64,000 bases of DNA. It comes from Deltaproteobacteria bacterium (GTDB lineage: Bacteria > Desulfobacterota > GWC2-55-46 > UBA9637 > GWC2-42-11). The translations under genes were made by a program, and so were the position numbers. Where the stretch lies: contig JACRNI010000011.1 in NCBI GenBank assembly GCA_016234925.1, positions 2,666 to 66,665 on the forward strand, in the 5' to 3' direction. The notes under the pieces are model-generated. The model was given only the letters and a program-made list of their open reading frames with translations, had not been told where the DNA came from and made no database searches. This document shows positions 9,571 to 19,102 of this stretch, one piece after another (position 1 is the first letter of the stretch; every line of letters starts with the position of its first letter).

Positions 9571-10728
9571 TTACCCTTTCATTGCCTCTATCAAAACCCT
9601 TGCAACCTCTGGTCTTGAAAACTCAACAGGCGGGATCTGTCCTGCCTTTAACATTTCCCTTACCTTTGTGCCGGATAAGGCAATATGGTGGCTGGAATCA
9701 TGCGGGCAGCTCTTGTAAGATGCCATGCTCTCGCATTTTTTGCAGTAGAATGTATGGTCAAAAAAGAGCGGTGTTATGCCGATTTCCTGAGGGTCAAACT
9801 CGTCAAATATATAATGAGCGTCAAATGAGCCGTAATAATTGCCGACCCCTGCATGGTCCCTGCCAACAATAAAATGCGTGCAGCCGTAGTTTTTTCTTAT
9901 GAGCGCATGGAATATCGCCTCTTTCGGGCCTGCATATCTCATTGCCGCTGGAAGCACAACAAGGGCAGTCCTGTCCTTTGGATAATAGTTTTCAAGCAAA
10001 ACTTCGTAACACTTCATCCTCACATCAGCAGGTATGTCATCGCCCTTTGTCTCGCCTACAATCGGATGGATCATAAGCCCGTCAACTACCTCCAATGCGC
10101 ATTTCTGAATGTATTCATGCGCCCTGTGTATCGGATTTCTTGTCTGAAAACCAACGACCCTTTTCCAGCCTTTTTCTTTGAAAAGATGCCTTGTCTCTTT
10201 AGGGTCAAGCCTGTATTTTTTAAAGTCCTCCTGCTTTACCCTGTGTATGACTGACACCTTGCCTCCAAGAAGCATGTCCCCCATTTCAAAAACCTTTGCA
10301 ACACCCGGATGCGCCGTGTCCTTTGTGCCGTAGACCTGAACAGCCTCTTTTTCTTTGTCATGGCTATGCTTTTCTTCAATGTGAAGAACTGCTAAAATCT
10401 CGCCCTGTTTATTGACAAGGCTTACTTCCTCGCCTTGTTTTAGATTCTTTGCCTCGTCTTTTGTAACTGATAAAGTAACTGGTATTGTCCAAGGAAGACC
10501 ATTTGACAGTTTCATATTGTCCATGACGTTGTGATAATCATCCTTTTTCATAAACCCTTCGAGAGGACTGAATGCGCCTATTGCAATCATCTCAAGGTCA
10601 GACACCTCTCTGTCATTGAGATGCACCTTCTTTAGTTTTTTTGTCTTTTCTAAAAGTGCTTCCCTTTCCTTTCCTTCCAAAATCCTGTTTACAAGTTTGC
10701 CGCCATGCGGCTCGATTAAACCTAGCAT
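9571..10728 (-). CDS. sat: Sulfate adenylyltransferase (ATP sulfurylase)
   Basis: 385 aa; [11 protein letters not shown] and GRDHAGVG motifs. Confidence 0.9.
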   Translation of the reverse strand: MLGLIEPHGGKLVNRILEGKEREALLEKTKKLKKVHLNDREVSDLEMIAIGAFSPLEGFMKKDDYHNVMDNMKLSNGLPWTIPVTLSVTKDEAKNLKQGEEVSLVNKQGEILAVLHIEEKHSHDKEKEAVQVYGTKDTAHPGVAKVFEMGDMLLGGKVSVIHRVKQEDFKKYRLDPKETRHLFKEKGWKRVVGFQTRNPIHRAHEYIQKCALEVVDGLMIHPIVGETKGDDIPADVRMKCYEVLLENYYPKDRTALVVLPAAMRYAGPKEAIFHALIRKNYGCTHFIVGRDHAGVGNYYGSFDAHYIFDEFDPQEIGITPLFFDHTFYCKKCESMASYKSCPHDSSHHIALSGTKVREMLKAGQIPPVEFSRPEVARVLIEAMKG

Positions 10729-10759
10729 TATTTATGCCTCCTTTTTTGAATACAGGTAG

Positions 10760-10813
10760 AGGTATAGGTAAAGTAAAAGATATTTTCCTCTACCTATACC
10801 TGTTTTACTTATG
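10760..10813. repeat. Word-hairpin intercistronic element (arms built of GGTAGAGGTATAGGTA words around an A/T loop)
   Basis: ACAGGTAGAGGTATAGGTA ... CCTCTACCTATACCTGT imperfect inverted repeat between sat and cysH. Confidence 0.5.
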
Positions 10814-11521
10814 TATCCCGCACTCCTTCTTTTCATCCTCTTTATTAAACCACCGCCACCTGCCTGAGCGGGGCGGTTCGCCTTTAACAAGAGGCGTTGA
10901 GCATATTATGCAGCCGATAGAGTCATAGCCCATATCAAAGAGTTTATTATACGGCAAATCATTTTCCTTTATATATTGCCAGATTTTTGCCATATCCCAG
11001 TCAGCAAGAGGATTTATTTTTAAGATTTTTCTGTTTTCTTCATCAATAATCTCTGCCTTTGGAACAGTTTTTCTATAATCTGACTGGTCTCTTCTAAGTC
11101 CTGTTATCCAAACATCAAGTGTTTTGAGCGCGCGTTTATTCGGTTCAACCTTTCTAACAAAACAGCAGTATTCCTGCTTTGCCTTGTCCATAAAAAAGAG
11201 ATACTCGCCGAATCTTTCAATCATATTCTTTAATGCGTTCTCATCAGGAAAATATCTTTCAACAGTCAAAACATATTTTTCTTCTGTATTATTGATTGCC
11301 TCATATGTCTCTGGATGAAGGCGAAGCGTGTCAATTGTAAAGCCCCTGAACTTTTTTGCACACCTGCTGGCAATATCAATAATCACAGTCCCTGTTAATT
11401 GAAAACTTGTGCCTATCGCGCACCTTTCACCAAACTCATCAAATGCCCATTTAATGAGTTCTTCTGCAGGCATTGCATTTAATTTTTTAAGTGTATCTTT
11501 TGTAATATCTTCAATCTTCAT
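10805..11521 (-). CDS. cysH: Assimilatory APS/PAPS reductase, Fe-S type (CysH family)
   Basis: 238 aa; PAPS-reductase fold plus cysteine pairs EYCCFVRKV and C-terminal KECGIH typical of 4Fe-4S APS reductases. Confidence 0.85.
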   Translation of the reverse strand: MKIEDITKDTLKKLNAMPAEELIKWAFDEFGERCAIGTSFQLTGTVIIDIASRCAKKFRGFTIDTLRLHPETYEAINNTEEKYVLTVERYFPDENALKNMIERFGEYLFFMDKAKQEYCCFVRKVEPNKRALKTLDVWITGLRRDQSDYRKTVPKAEIIDEENRKILKINPLADWDMAKIWQYIKENDLPYNKLFDMGYDSIGCIICSTPLVKGEPPRSGRWRWFNKEDEKKECGIHK

Positions 11522-11527
11522 AGTTAA

Positions 11528-12640
11528 TTATATTTCAATCCCCGATACTGCCGATACTGCTGACACTACCATGTTTCTGCCTCTGCTCTTGCCCAGATAC
11601 AAAGCCTTATCCGCATAATCAATAAGTTTGATTGCAGATTTGGCGTCATCGGGCCATGTGGCAACGCCGATAGTAACTGACACCATTCCACTCGGCTGAT
11701 TCTCTCCGCCCTTGTATTTGCTGCCCTCTACAGCCTTTCTGAGTTTTTCAGCAACCACTACTGCCCTATTATTGGGTGTCTCAGGAAGAAGACAGATAAA
11801 CTCCTCTCCGCCGTAGCGGGCGACAACATCCGCTGTCCTTAATTTATCAATCAATAGTTTTGCCGTCTGTTTAATCGCATCATCGCCCAACAAGTGGCCA
11901 TTCTTGTCATTGAAGTTTTTAAAGTGGTCAATATCTATCATAAGAACAGAAAAATGTTTTTTGTACCGCTTTGCCCTTGATAATTCCTTTTCAATGTAAT
12001 CAAAAAAGTATCTGCGGTTGTACATGCCTGTCAACTCGTCCCGCATGGATATATCTCTGGCATTTTTATAGATATATGCCTTCTCAACTGCTATTGCTAT
12101 CTGCTGCGCCACCTCTGTAAAAAATTTTACATCATTCTCATTAAATGAGTTTGGCTGCGCCTTGTGTATATTAAAAACACCGAGGATATTCCCATGCTTG
12201 CCAACCAATGGGACGCAAAGAAATGCGCCGATATTTGTCGCAGCGCCCTTATAAAACATGGACTTGGGTTCTTTGCTTACATCCTGCACCAGAACAGGCT
12301 TGCCTGTCTTTGCTGCCATGCCTGATATTCCCTCGCCTATTTTAAGGCATATGCACGGCAATACAACAGGGTCCGGATACCATGCCCTTACTACAAGTTC
12401 ATTGGATGTTTCATCCAGCAGCATAATGCAGAATTCATCAATACGAAGAGACTTGCCAATAGTGTCTATGGTTCCATTGAATATCTCTTCTATGCCGATG
12501 CTTAAATTAAGCACCTTGCTGATGTTGTAAAGCGAATAGATTTCTAAGACCCTGGCATCAAGTTCATTATTCAGCCTTTCCAACTCATCCCTTTCAGATT
12601 TGAGCCTTTCAAGTTCTTTAGCAATATCTTTCGCAGCCAT
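11528..12640 (-). CDS. GAF-domain diguanylate cyclase (GGDEF)
   Basis: 370 aa; N-terminal coiled coil, GAF-like region, and a GGDEF domain with RYGGEEF active-site motif. Confidence 0.85.
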   Translation of the reverse strand: MAAKDIAKELERLKSERDELERLNNELDARVLEIYSLYNISKVLNLSIGIEEIFNGTIDTIGKSLRIDEFCIMLLDETSNELVVRAWYPDPVVLPCICLKIGEGISGMAAKTGKPVLVQDVSKEPKSMFYKGAATNIGAFLCVPLVGKHGNILGVFNIHKAQPNSFNENDVKFFTEVAQQIAIAVEKAYIYKNARDISMRDELTGMYNRRYFFDYIEKELSRAKRYKKHFSVLMIDIDHFKNFNDKNGHLLGDDAIKQTAKLLIDKLRTADVVARYGGEEFICLLPETPNNRAVVVAEKLRKAVEGSKYKGGENQPSGMVSVTIGVATWPDDAKSAIKLIDYADKALYLGKSRGRNMVVSAVSAVSGIEI

Positions 12641-12648
12641 TATTACCT

Positions 12649-13260
12649 CTAAAACTTCACATATTCCTTTTTCTCAAGATAACTAATTATAGTCCTTGTT
12701 GACTCTTCAATTGACATCTTTGATGTATCAATTGTCAGTTCAGGGTTCAAAGGCTCTTCATACGGCGCTGATATGCCTGTGAATTCCTTGACCTCTCCAA
12801 GTCTTGCCTTTTTGTAAAGCCCTTTTGTATCCCTCTGTTCACAGACCTCTATCGGACACTTTACATACACCTCTATAAATTCGCCTTGTTTTTGAAGTTT
12901 TCTTGCATTATCTCTATCAGCCATGTATGGCGATATGAATGCTGTTATTGTGATGATATTTGCATCTGTAAATAGTTTTGCAACCTCGCCGATTCTGCGG
13001 ATATTTTCAGACCTATCCTCTGGCGAGAAGCCCAGATTCTTATTCAAGCCATGACGAATATTATCGCCGTCCAATATATATGCCTGATGTTTGTTTTCTA
13101 ACAAGGCATGTTCCAGTTCAACAGCAATGGTTGATTTTCCTGAGCCTGAAAGCCCTGTGAGCCATATTGTCACACCTTTCTGCTTCATCAACTTTATCCT
13201 GTCCTCTTTTGTAATCTTCCCATGATGCCATTTTATGTTTGTAGATTTTTGATTAGTCAT
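12649..13260 (-). CDS. cysC: Adenylylsulfate (APS) kinase
   Basis: 203 aa; P-loop [11 protein letters not shown] and [16 protein letters not shown] motif. Confidence 0.9.
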   Translation of the reverse strand: MTNQKSTNIKWHHGKITKEDRIKLMKQKGVTIWLTGLSGSGKSTIAVELEHALLENKHQAYILDGDNIRHGLNKNLGFSPEDRSENIRRIGEVAKLFTDANIITITAFISPYMADRDNARKLQKQGEFIEVYVKCPIEVCEQRDTKGLYKKARLGEVKEFTGISAPYEEPLNPELTIDTSKMSIEESTRTIISYLEKKEYVKF

Positions 13261-13302
13261 TCATCCCCCTTTTTAATTTCATTTCACTCACAAGTTTGCA
13301 CA

Positions 13303-13502
13303 GTTCACGCTCAAAAATTGCCCAGATGCAAGGCGGAGCAAGGTTTCAAGCGAGGCATACTTTTGTAGTATGTTGAGCGAAGAAGCCGCAGCGACAACAT
13401 GCACAGCGAGCGTTAGCGAGCGAATAGTAATGCATTATCCCTTACATGAGAGCATCCCGCAGGGATGCTCAACGCCGCAGATGGGCATTTTTCAGCGTGA
13501 AC
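13303..13502 (+). repeat. MITE-like family 1 copy
   Basis: Terminal inverted repeats GTTCACGCTCAAAAAT / ATTTTTCAGCGTGAAC; conserved core GTATGTTGAGCGAAGAAGCCGCAGCGACAAC. Confidence 0.7.
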
Positions 13503-13505
13503 ATC

Positions 13506-13994
13506 TTATTCCTCAAACACCTCAATCTTGCAAGATGCCCTTTCAACCAGTTCATCAACTATTGATTTTGAAAAATATTTTAAAAATACTGAACGTTTTC
13601 TTTTTATTGCCACTGCTGTATCAATCTTGTATCTTTCAATCACATCAAGAGACTTTTCAACAAAATCGCCCTGTGTTGTAACTGCGTCAAAATCAACATT
13701 CTCTTCCATTGCCCTGATTTGAACCTTGCCCATCTCCTCATAGCCGCGCTGCCGATACTCCTTCATTATAGCCTCTGTGAGTTGGGTTGAAGGCTTGTCG
13801 CCGATAAAACCTATGTCTGTAAATTTATCAAAAATCTCCTGAGTAAGTTCAGTCTCAATTATATAAAGGACAACGAGTTTTGCCTTTTCCTTTTTTGCAA
13901 GATTAACAGCATATTCAATTGCATCCTGCGATGTCCTTGATGTTGACAAAATTAAAAGTATATTTTTCATATCTTTATCCCCAAAATAGGCCAA
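13506..13994 (-). CDS. Universal stress protein-like (adenine nucleotide alpha-hydrolase fold)
   Basis: 162 aa; alternating hydrophobic beta-strand pattern NILLILSTS...KLVVLYII typical of UspA, but weak. Confidence 0.45.
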   Translation of the reverse strand: MAYFGDKDMKNILLILSTSRTSQDAIEYAVNLAKKEKAKLVVLYIIETELTQEIFDKFTDIGFIGDKPSTQLTEAIMKEYRQRGYEEMGKVQIRAMEENVDFDAVTTQGDFVEKSLDVIERYKIDTAVAIKRKRSVFLKYFSKSIVDELVERASCKIEVFEE

Positions 13995-15394
13995 TAAACT
14001 TTAGCCATAATATTGAAAACTATCCATGCGGTTATCATCATCACAATCCCTGCCTTTGCCATATCTCTTGCTGTAATATATCCAGATGAAACTGCTATTG
14101 CATTTGCAGGCGTTGACATTGGAAAACAAAATGCCAGACCTGCCGGAATTGCTATGGCATATGTAATAATCTGCGGGTCAAGATTAAATCTGCCTGCCAT
14201 GCCTATGCTGACAGGAAGCAAAATTGCTATAACAGCGGCATTGCTCATCCCCTCTGTTAAAAGGATTGTTAAAAGGGAAAATACCGCTATAACAAGAACA
14301 GGGCTGTTTGCCCAATCACCAATCACTGTATTTGCAAGCCATGCTGCTGCGCCTGATTTTTCCATTGCCGCGCCTAACGTTATAGCGCCGCCATACATAA
14401 GTATTATGCCCCAGTTGACATATTCCTCTATGTCTTTCCATCGGACAAGTTTTAATACGAATAATGCAACAACTGCGATGATTGCAATATTTGCAATACC
14501 TGCCATTCTGCTAAACAAAAGCCATGAAGATATGGTTATGAGCATCAAAATGCCGACAGCATATTCAGTATAACCCATCTTGCCAAGCCCTTTTATCTTT
14601 CTTGCAAACACATCTTTTGCAAGATGTATGTCCTGTATATCCTGCGGAAAAAATCTTGTAAGGCCGATGTAGCCTATAAAAAGCAGAATTACTACTGTTG
14701 GAAACACAACCATTGTGTATTCAAAAAAACCAATGGTTATACCTGTCGCCTCCTTGAGCATGCCAGCAGCAAGCGGAACCCTTGCGCCGCCCAAAAATGT
14801 CGCAACACCTCCGATTACACAGCCCCATGCAAGCGCGAGAAAAAGCGACTTTGCATAGTTTGACTTACCGGGTTTCAGATTCAAGCCCTTTGCAATCTCA
14901 AGCACTATCGGGAAAAGCATTGCGGCAACTGCATGTTCTGACATAAAAAACGACAAAACCGCTGCAAGTAAAAATATTGACGCAAGAAGTCCCTTCGGCG
15001 TATTCCCAAACCTATCCATTATTAGAACTGCAATCCGGCTCGCCAATCCTGAATGCATAACAGCAGCAGAAAGTATGAATGCGCCGAGTATAAAAAATAC
15101 TGCCTCATTTCCAAAGAGCGCATATGCCGCCTTTTTATCCATAACACCCAATAAAGGCACCATCACAATCGCCATAAGGCTTGTAATTGCAAGAGGCAGG
15201 GCATCTGTTACCCAGAGTATAAGACATACAACAAAAAGCGCCAATGCCCTCTGCCCTTGAATTGTAAGCCCGGAAGGTGTAGGGATATTTATGAGATACC
15301 AGAATATAAAACCAAGGGCTAAAAAAAATATGGGTCTTAATGACCTTACTAAAACTATTACCCAAATTGGTCTTCTGTCTATGATTACCTTCAT
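13967..15394 (-). CDS. Anion permease of the ArsB/NhaD/DASS superfamily, putative sulfate/anion transporter
   Basis: 475 aa, about 12-14 predicted TM helices, internal duplicated halves; sulfate-assimilation context. Confidence 0.6.
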   Translation of the reverse strand: MKVIIDRRPIWVIVLVRSLRPIFFLALGFIFWYLINIPTPSGLTIQGQRALALFVVCLILWVTDALPLAITSLMAIVMVPLLGVMDKKAAYALFGNEAVFFILGAFILSAAVMHSGLASRIAVLIMDRFGNTPKGLLASIFLLAAVLSFFMSEHAVAAMLFPIVLEIAKGLNLKPGKSNYAKSLFLALAWGCVIGGVATFLGGARVPLAAGMLKEATGITIGFFEYTMVVFPTVVILLFIGYIGLTRFFPQDIQDIHLAKDVFARKIKGLGKMGYTEYAVGILMLITISSWLLFSRMAGIANIAIIAVVALFVLKLVRWKDIEEYVNWGIILMYGGAITLGAAMEKSGAAAWLANTVIGDWANSPVLVIAVFSLLTILLTEGMSNAAVIAILLPVSIGMAGRFNLDPQIITYAIAIPAGLAFCFPMSTPANAIAVSSGYITARDMAKAGIVMMITAWIVFNIMAKVYWPILGIKI

Positions 15395-15397
15395 AAA

Positions 15398-16621
15398 TTA
15401 TCCCTCACCTACCTCCCTGACCCTCAATTTCCTCCGCAAAGTAGAAAGCCCCCAAACTGTCTTCAGTCCAAGTTTTGACTTGTAAAACTTATGCATCATT
15501 GTTTTGAATCTTGACATATCCCCTGTAAAAAACATCGCCTCAATGGGCGTTGTTATAACGCTGATGTCTCTCACCCAGTTCATGTTTATCCTGTTCTTTT
15601 TAACAGCATGATATAGATGCTTGTAAACAGGGGCAATCTCATCAAGAGAAGGTATTTTATATGAAAGAAGTTTCACGCTGCTCACGGGTCTATAAATCGG
15701 AAGTATAGGCACAACGCCAAGGTCTGTAAGAAAATCTATCCCCCTCATTGTTGATTCTGCCGGCTCAAGCCCGACAATAAGATTAGATGCGACAGTGCCG
15801 TTTGGAAAAACCTTTGCAGCATATTTAAGCGCATTTATATATCTGTTTCTGCCAATCAGTTCATCCCTCCCCGGGCATATCTCCTTAAAAAGTTTTTCAT
15901 CAAATATCTCCATATTGTAAAGCACAGAATCAGCGCCAACCGCATATGTTTCGTCTATAAACTTGTTCTCCTTTGGCGGAAGCGCCTCAACAGCAACAAT
16001 GGTGTTAAAATGTTTCTTGATTGCCTTTATATAAGGCTTTAAAAATTCTATGCCGCCGTCAGGCGTTTCTGAAAAACCAATTGAAAGATAGACAATCTCT
16101 GCCTTGCCTTCTTTGTATGCAGCCTCAACAGTTTCAAGAACCTCCTCAACACTATAAACTACACCGCCCTTTGAATTAAAATTCCCTGCACAGTATCTGC
16201 ACTCTATATTCATGTTGAAAAACTCGCACCTTGTGTCAGGCGTGATTGCAACATAACTGCCGTGCATATTGCCGATTTTTGAAAGCGGAATGCCTGTCGT
16301 TGTTTTCAGTTTATAAAAATCAGGTTTTGGTATGATTTTGACCTTAACAGATTCCCCCTCTCTTTTTATGAATGCCTTTCCATCTTTCTGGATAAGTTCA
16401 TAAGGAGAATTCTTTGCAAAATCCTCAAGAAAAGGCGCATTTACCCATGTCTTATAAGGCAATATTATGTCAAGCCCGCCTGTAATGCCTGTATAGCCTG
16501 TAGAAAGGTCTATGCCCAGACTCTTAACAGCGTTTTCATTAAGCCTTATACCGCAAAGCATAAGGTCTATCTTTAAATAACCGGGGTTGTGGAGATATGT
16601 CTTTGTTTTTTTCATAAACAA
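15398..16621 (-). CDS. Radical-SAM-like TIM-barrel protein with non-canonical Cys triad (C-x8-C-x2-C), function unknown
   Basis: 407 aa; CEFFNMNIECRYCAG in place of CxxxCxxC, followed by a radical-SAM-like downstream pattern (GKAEIVYLSIGFSETPDGG ... ASNLIVGLEPAES). Start abuts the ThiF stop (16621/16622). Confidence 0.55.
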   Translation of the reverse strand: MFMKKTKTYLHNPGYLKIDLMLCGIRLNENAVKSLGIDLSTGYTGITGGLDIILPYKTWVNAPFLEDFAKNSPYELIQKDGKAFIKREGESVKVKIIPKPDFYKLKTTTGIPLSKIGNMHGSYVAITPDTRCEFFNMNIECRYCAGNFNSKGGVVYSVEEVLETVEAAYKEGKAEIVYLSIGFSETPDGGIEFLKPYIKAIKKHFNTIVAVEALPPKENKFIDETYAVGADSVLYNMEIFDEKLFKEICPGRDELIGRNRYINALKYAAKVFPNGTVASNLIVGLEPAESTMRGIDFLTDLGVVPILPIYRPVSSVKLLSYKIPSLDEIAPVYKHLYHAVKKNRINMNWVRDISVITTPIEAMFFTGDMSRFKTMMHKFYKSKLGLKTVWGLSTLRRKLRVREVGEG

Positions 16622-17443
16622 TCATGTGCTGCATTTTGCAGCCTGTATCTCGCAAGCCTGCTCATACATAACCAAATCCTTTACTGTCGGATTATCTCCG
16701 CATAATGCACACTGGGTATCCCTTCTTACCTTTACTTTCCTGAATGTCATGGCAAGCGCATCAAATATAAGAAGATGTCCTGCGAGTTCATCACCTATTT
16801 TTAGAATCTGTTTTATTGCTTCTACTGCCTGAATAACGCCGATTACACCAGCGAGCGCTCCTAAAACACCTGCCTCCTGACAACTTGGCACAAGCCCTTT
16901 TGGAGGAGGCTCTGGATAAAGGCATCTGTAGCAGGGCTTTCCTTCATGCGGCTTGAATATTGTCACCTGTCCGTCAAACCTGAACATACTGCCTGACACA
17001 AGGGTCTTTTTTTCAAAAAAACATGCATCATTCATTAAATACCGCGTTGGAAAATTATCGCTGCCGTCAAGGATAACATCATAGTCTCTTATAATCTTTC
17101 TTATATTATCAATGCCAAGACGCTCGTTATAGACAATAACCTTGACATCAGGATTCAAGCCTTCAATAGATTTTTTAGCAGATTCTACCTTTGGCATCCC
17201 AATCTTTTCAGTAGAGTGAATTATCTGCCTTTGAAGGTTAGATAAGTCAACACAGTCAGCATCGGCAATGCCGATTGTGCCTATACCTGCAGCAGCAAGA
17301 TAATAAAGCGCCGGCGAACCAAGCCCGCCTGCGCCAAGCACAAACACCTTTGCGTCTAATAATTTAGCCTGACCCTTGCCGCCGACCTCAGGAAGAATTA
17401 TATGCCTTGAATATCGCTCTATTTGTTCTTCTGTAAAGTTCAT
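16622..17443 (-). CDS. ThiF/MoeB/MoeZ-type E1-like sulfur-carrier adenylyltransferase
   Basis: 273 aa; nucleotide-binding VLGAGGLGSPALYYLAAAGIGTIGIAD and zinc CxxC pairs CYRC ... CALC. Confidence 0.85.
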   Translation of the reverse strand: MNFTEEQIERYSRHIILPEVGGKGQAKLLDAKVFVLGAGGLGSPALYYLAAAGIGTIGIADADCVDLSNLQRQIIHSTEKIGMPKVESAKKSIEGLNPDVKVIVYNERLGIDNIRKIIRDYDVILDGSDNFPTRYLMNDACFFEKKTLVSGSMFRFDGQVTIFKPHEGKPCYRCLYPEPPPKGLVPSCQEAGVLGALAGVIGVIQAVEAIKQILKIGDELAGHLLIFDALAMTFRKVKVRRDTQCALCGDNPTVKDLVMYEQACEIQAAKCST

Positions 17444-17453
17444 AATTTAAATA

Positions 17454-17546
17454 CAGTTAAGGAGTTTAAGAGTTGTGGAGTTGAGGGATTTTTTTATTTT
17501 TAAGTTTTTAACTCCTAAACTCTTGAACTCTTCAACTCTTAAACTG
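17454..17546. repeat. Word-hairpin element (ACAGTTAAGGAGTT words), 3' flank of JAMM gene
   Basis: AATACAGTTAAGGAGTTTAAGAGTTGTGGAGTTGAGGG-ATTTTTTTATTTTT-AACTCCTAAACTCTTGAACTCTTCAACTCTTAAACTGTTTCT. Confidence 0.55.
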
Positions 17547-17946
17547 TTTCTATTTCCTCTTCCCTAAACGGCTCTCCTTCATTTTCAAATGTCCATGACT
17601 TCACTGAAACATCTTTTCCATTTTGCACAGCGACAATCACATATGAATAAAACGGCCATGCCCTTTGCCTGTCAAAATCAGATGGTCTGTCAGGATGGTC
17701 AGGATGGGAATGAAAAAAACCAATCACCTCAAAACCATCTTTTTTCGCCTCTTTTTCAACCCTTAATAAATCCTTTGGGTTTATCTCATACCTGTCATTC
17801 GCCCTTTCTTTATTTATATTCTCCAGAGGATAAATCTTTGTAATCTTTTTGTCCTTGCCAACCAATGCGCCGCAGCCCTCGCAAGGGTAGGATTTTTTTG
17901 CATGGCTGATGATTTCGTTGTAAATTTTCTGTGATAGATGTAACAT
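17539..17946 (-). CDS. JAMM/MPN+ metalloprotease (Mec+/CysO-cleaving-type)
   Basis: 135 aa; JAMM motif FHSHPDHPDRPSDFD (HxHx7SxxD) and upstream EGCG. Confidence 0.8.
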   Translation of the reverse strand: MLHLSQKIYNEIISHAKKSYPCEGCGALVGKDKKITKIYPLENINKERANDRYEINPKDLLRVEKEAKKDGFEVIGFFHSHPDHPDRPSDFDRQRAWPFYSYVIVAVQNGKDVSVKSWTFENEGEPFREEEIETV

Positions 17947-17953
17947 AAGAAAA

Positions 17954-18056
17954 TACAGTTAAAGAGTTCAGGAGTTCGAGAGTTAAGGAGTTAAAAAATA
18001 AAACTGTTTTTTACTCCTCAACTGTATTTGTATTTACTCCATAACTCCTGAACTGT
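17954..18056. repeat. Word-hairpin element, paralog of 17454-17546, 5' flank of JAMM gene
   Basis: AATACAGTTAAAGAGTTCAGGAGTTCGAGAGTTAAGGAGTT-AAAAAATAAAA-...ACTCCATAACTCCTGAACTGTTTCT; same termini as the other copy. Confidence 0.55.
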
Positions 18057-18060
18057 TTCT

Positions 18061-19059
18061 CTACTCCCACAACACAGTTGACAGATACCTGTCCCCGCCG
18101 TCAGGGAATATAACAACAATTACACCCTCTTCTAATTCCTTTGCAGCCTGAAGCGCACCCCACATTGCAGCGCCTGACGACTGCCCCACAAAAAGCCCTT
18201 CCTCCATTGCAAGCCTCTTTGCCATATCATATGATTCCTCTGTTGGCGCAGAAATCTTTTTATCAAGTTTATCTTCATGATATATGCCCGGGACAATGGA
18301 TGAAGGCATATGTTTTAAACCCTCAAGCCCATGCAGCGCTGTTGCTGGCTCAACTGCAATGATCTGTATGTCCGGATTGAACTCCTTTAATCTCCTGCCT
18401 GTTCCCATTATTGTCCCGCCTGTTCCTATGCCTGCGACAAGATGTGTTATCCTGCCGTCTGTCTGCTCTATAATCTCCACCCCTGTTGTGTCGTAATGCG
18501 CCTGCGGATTTGATGGATTATTATACTGGTCAAGTTTGCAGTATTTATCAGGACTGTCAACATACATCTTCCATGCAAGCCTTATTGCGCCGTCAGAGCC
18601 TTCCATTGGATTTGAATAAACCGTGTTTGCGCCGAAAGCCTTTAAAATCTTTTTTCTTTCATTGCTGACATTTTGCGGAACAACAAGTTCAACCTGATAA
18701 CCCTTAACAGCGCCAATCCATGCATATGCAATGCCTGTGTTGCCGGATGTTGAGTCAAGTATAATCTTGTCCTTTGTAAGCCTTCCTGCCTCTTCTGCAT
18801 CCTTTATCATCTTTAGCGCTGCTCTATCTTTAACAGAGCCTCCCGGATTATAAGATTCAATCTTCGCATAAATCTCGACACCTTTGCTTAAACCCTGTGC
18901 AATCCTATTTATTTTAACCAGAGGGGTATTGCCTACAAGTTCCAAAACAGAGGTCTTTGGCAATTTATAACCCCAGTTTATGATTTGTTTTAGATTATTC
19001 ATATTAAACCTTTCCGAGTAATGTAGTATATATCTTTGCTCCAAAAATGGTAGCCGCAA
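18061..19059 (-). CDS. cysM: Cysteine synthase B-like PLP enzyme (CysM-type, likely sulfur-carrier dependent)
   Basis: 332 aa; PLP lysine region GSVKDRAAL, glycine loop [20 protein letters not shown] as called probably starts too far upstream. Confidence 0.8.
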   Translation of the reverse strand: MRLPFLEQRYILHYSERFNMNNLKQIINWGYKLPKTSVLELVGNTPLVKINRIAQGLSKGVEIYAKIESYNPGGSVKDRAALKMIKDAEEAGRLTKDKIILDSTSGNTGIAYAWIGAVKGYQVELVVPQNVSNERKKILKAFGANTVYSNPMEGSDGAIRLAWKMYVDSPDKYCKLDQYNNPSNPQAHYDTTGVEIIEQTDGRITHLVAGIGTGGTIMGTGRRLKEFNPDIQIIAVEPATALHGLEGLKHMPSSIVPGIYHEDKLDKKISAPTEESYDMAKRLAMEEGLFVGQSSGAAMWGALQAAKELEEGVIVVIFPDGGDRYLSTVLWE

Positions 19060-19102
19060 CCTTTAGGTTGCGTTACCTACGCAGGCTAAAACCTGCGGCT
19101 AC
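19050..19102. repeat. REP-like two-hairpin element (GTAGCCG outer stem enclosing two hairpins)
   Basis: GTAGCCGCAACCTTTAGGTTGCGTTACCTACGCAGGCTAAAACCTGCGGCTAC; overlaps and supplies the last codons of cysK. Confidence 0.65.

Noticed and set aside
14013-14573. Long plus-strand ORFs such as 14013-14573, 27186-27911, 36519-37034, 38239-38733, 57440-57886 and 1521-1898
   Set aside because: Each lies antisense within a well-supported minus-strand gene, has low-complexity or Ser/Ala-rich composition and no recognisable domain. These are shadow ORFs.
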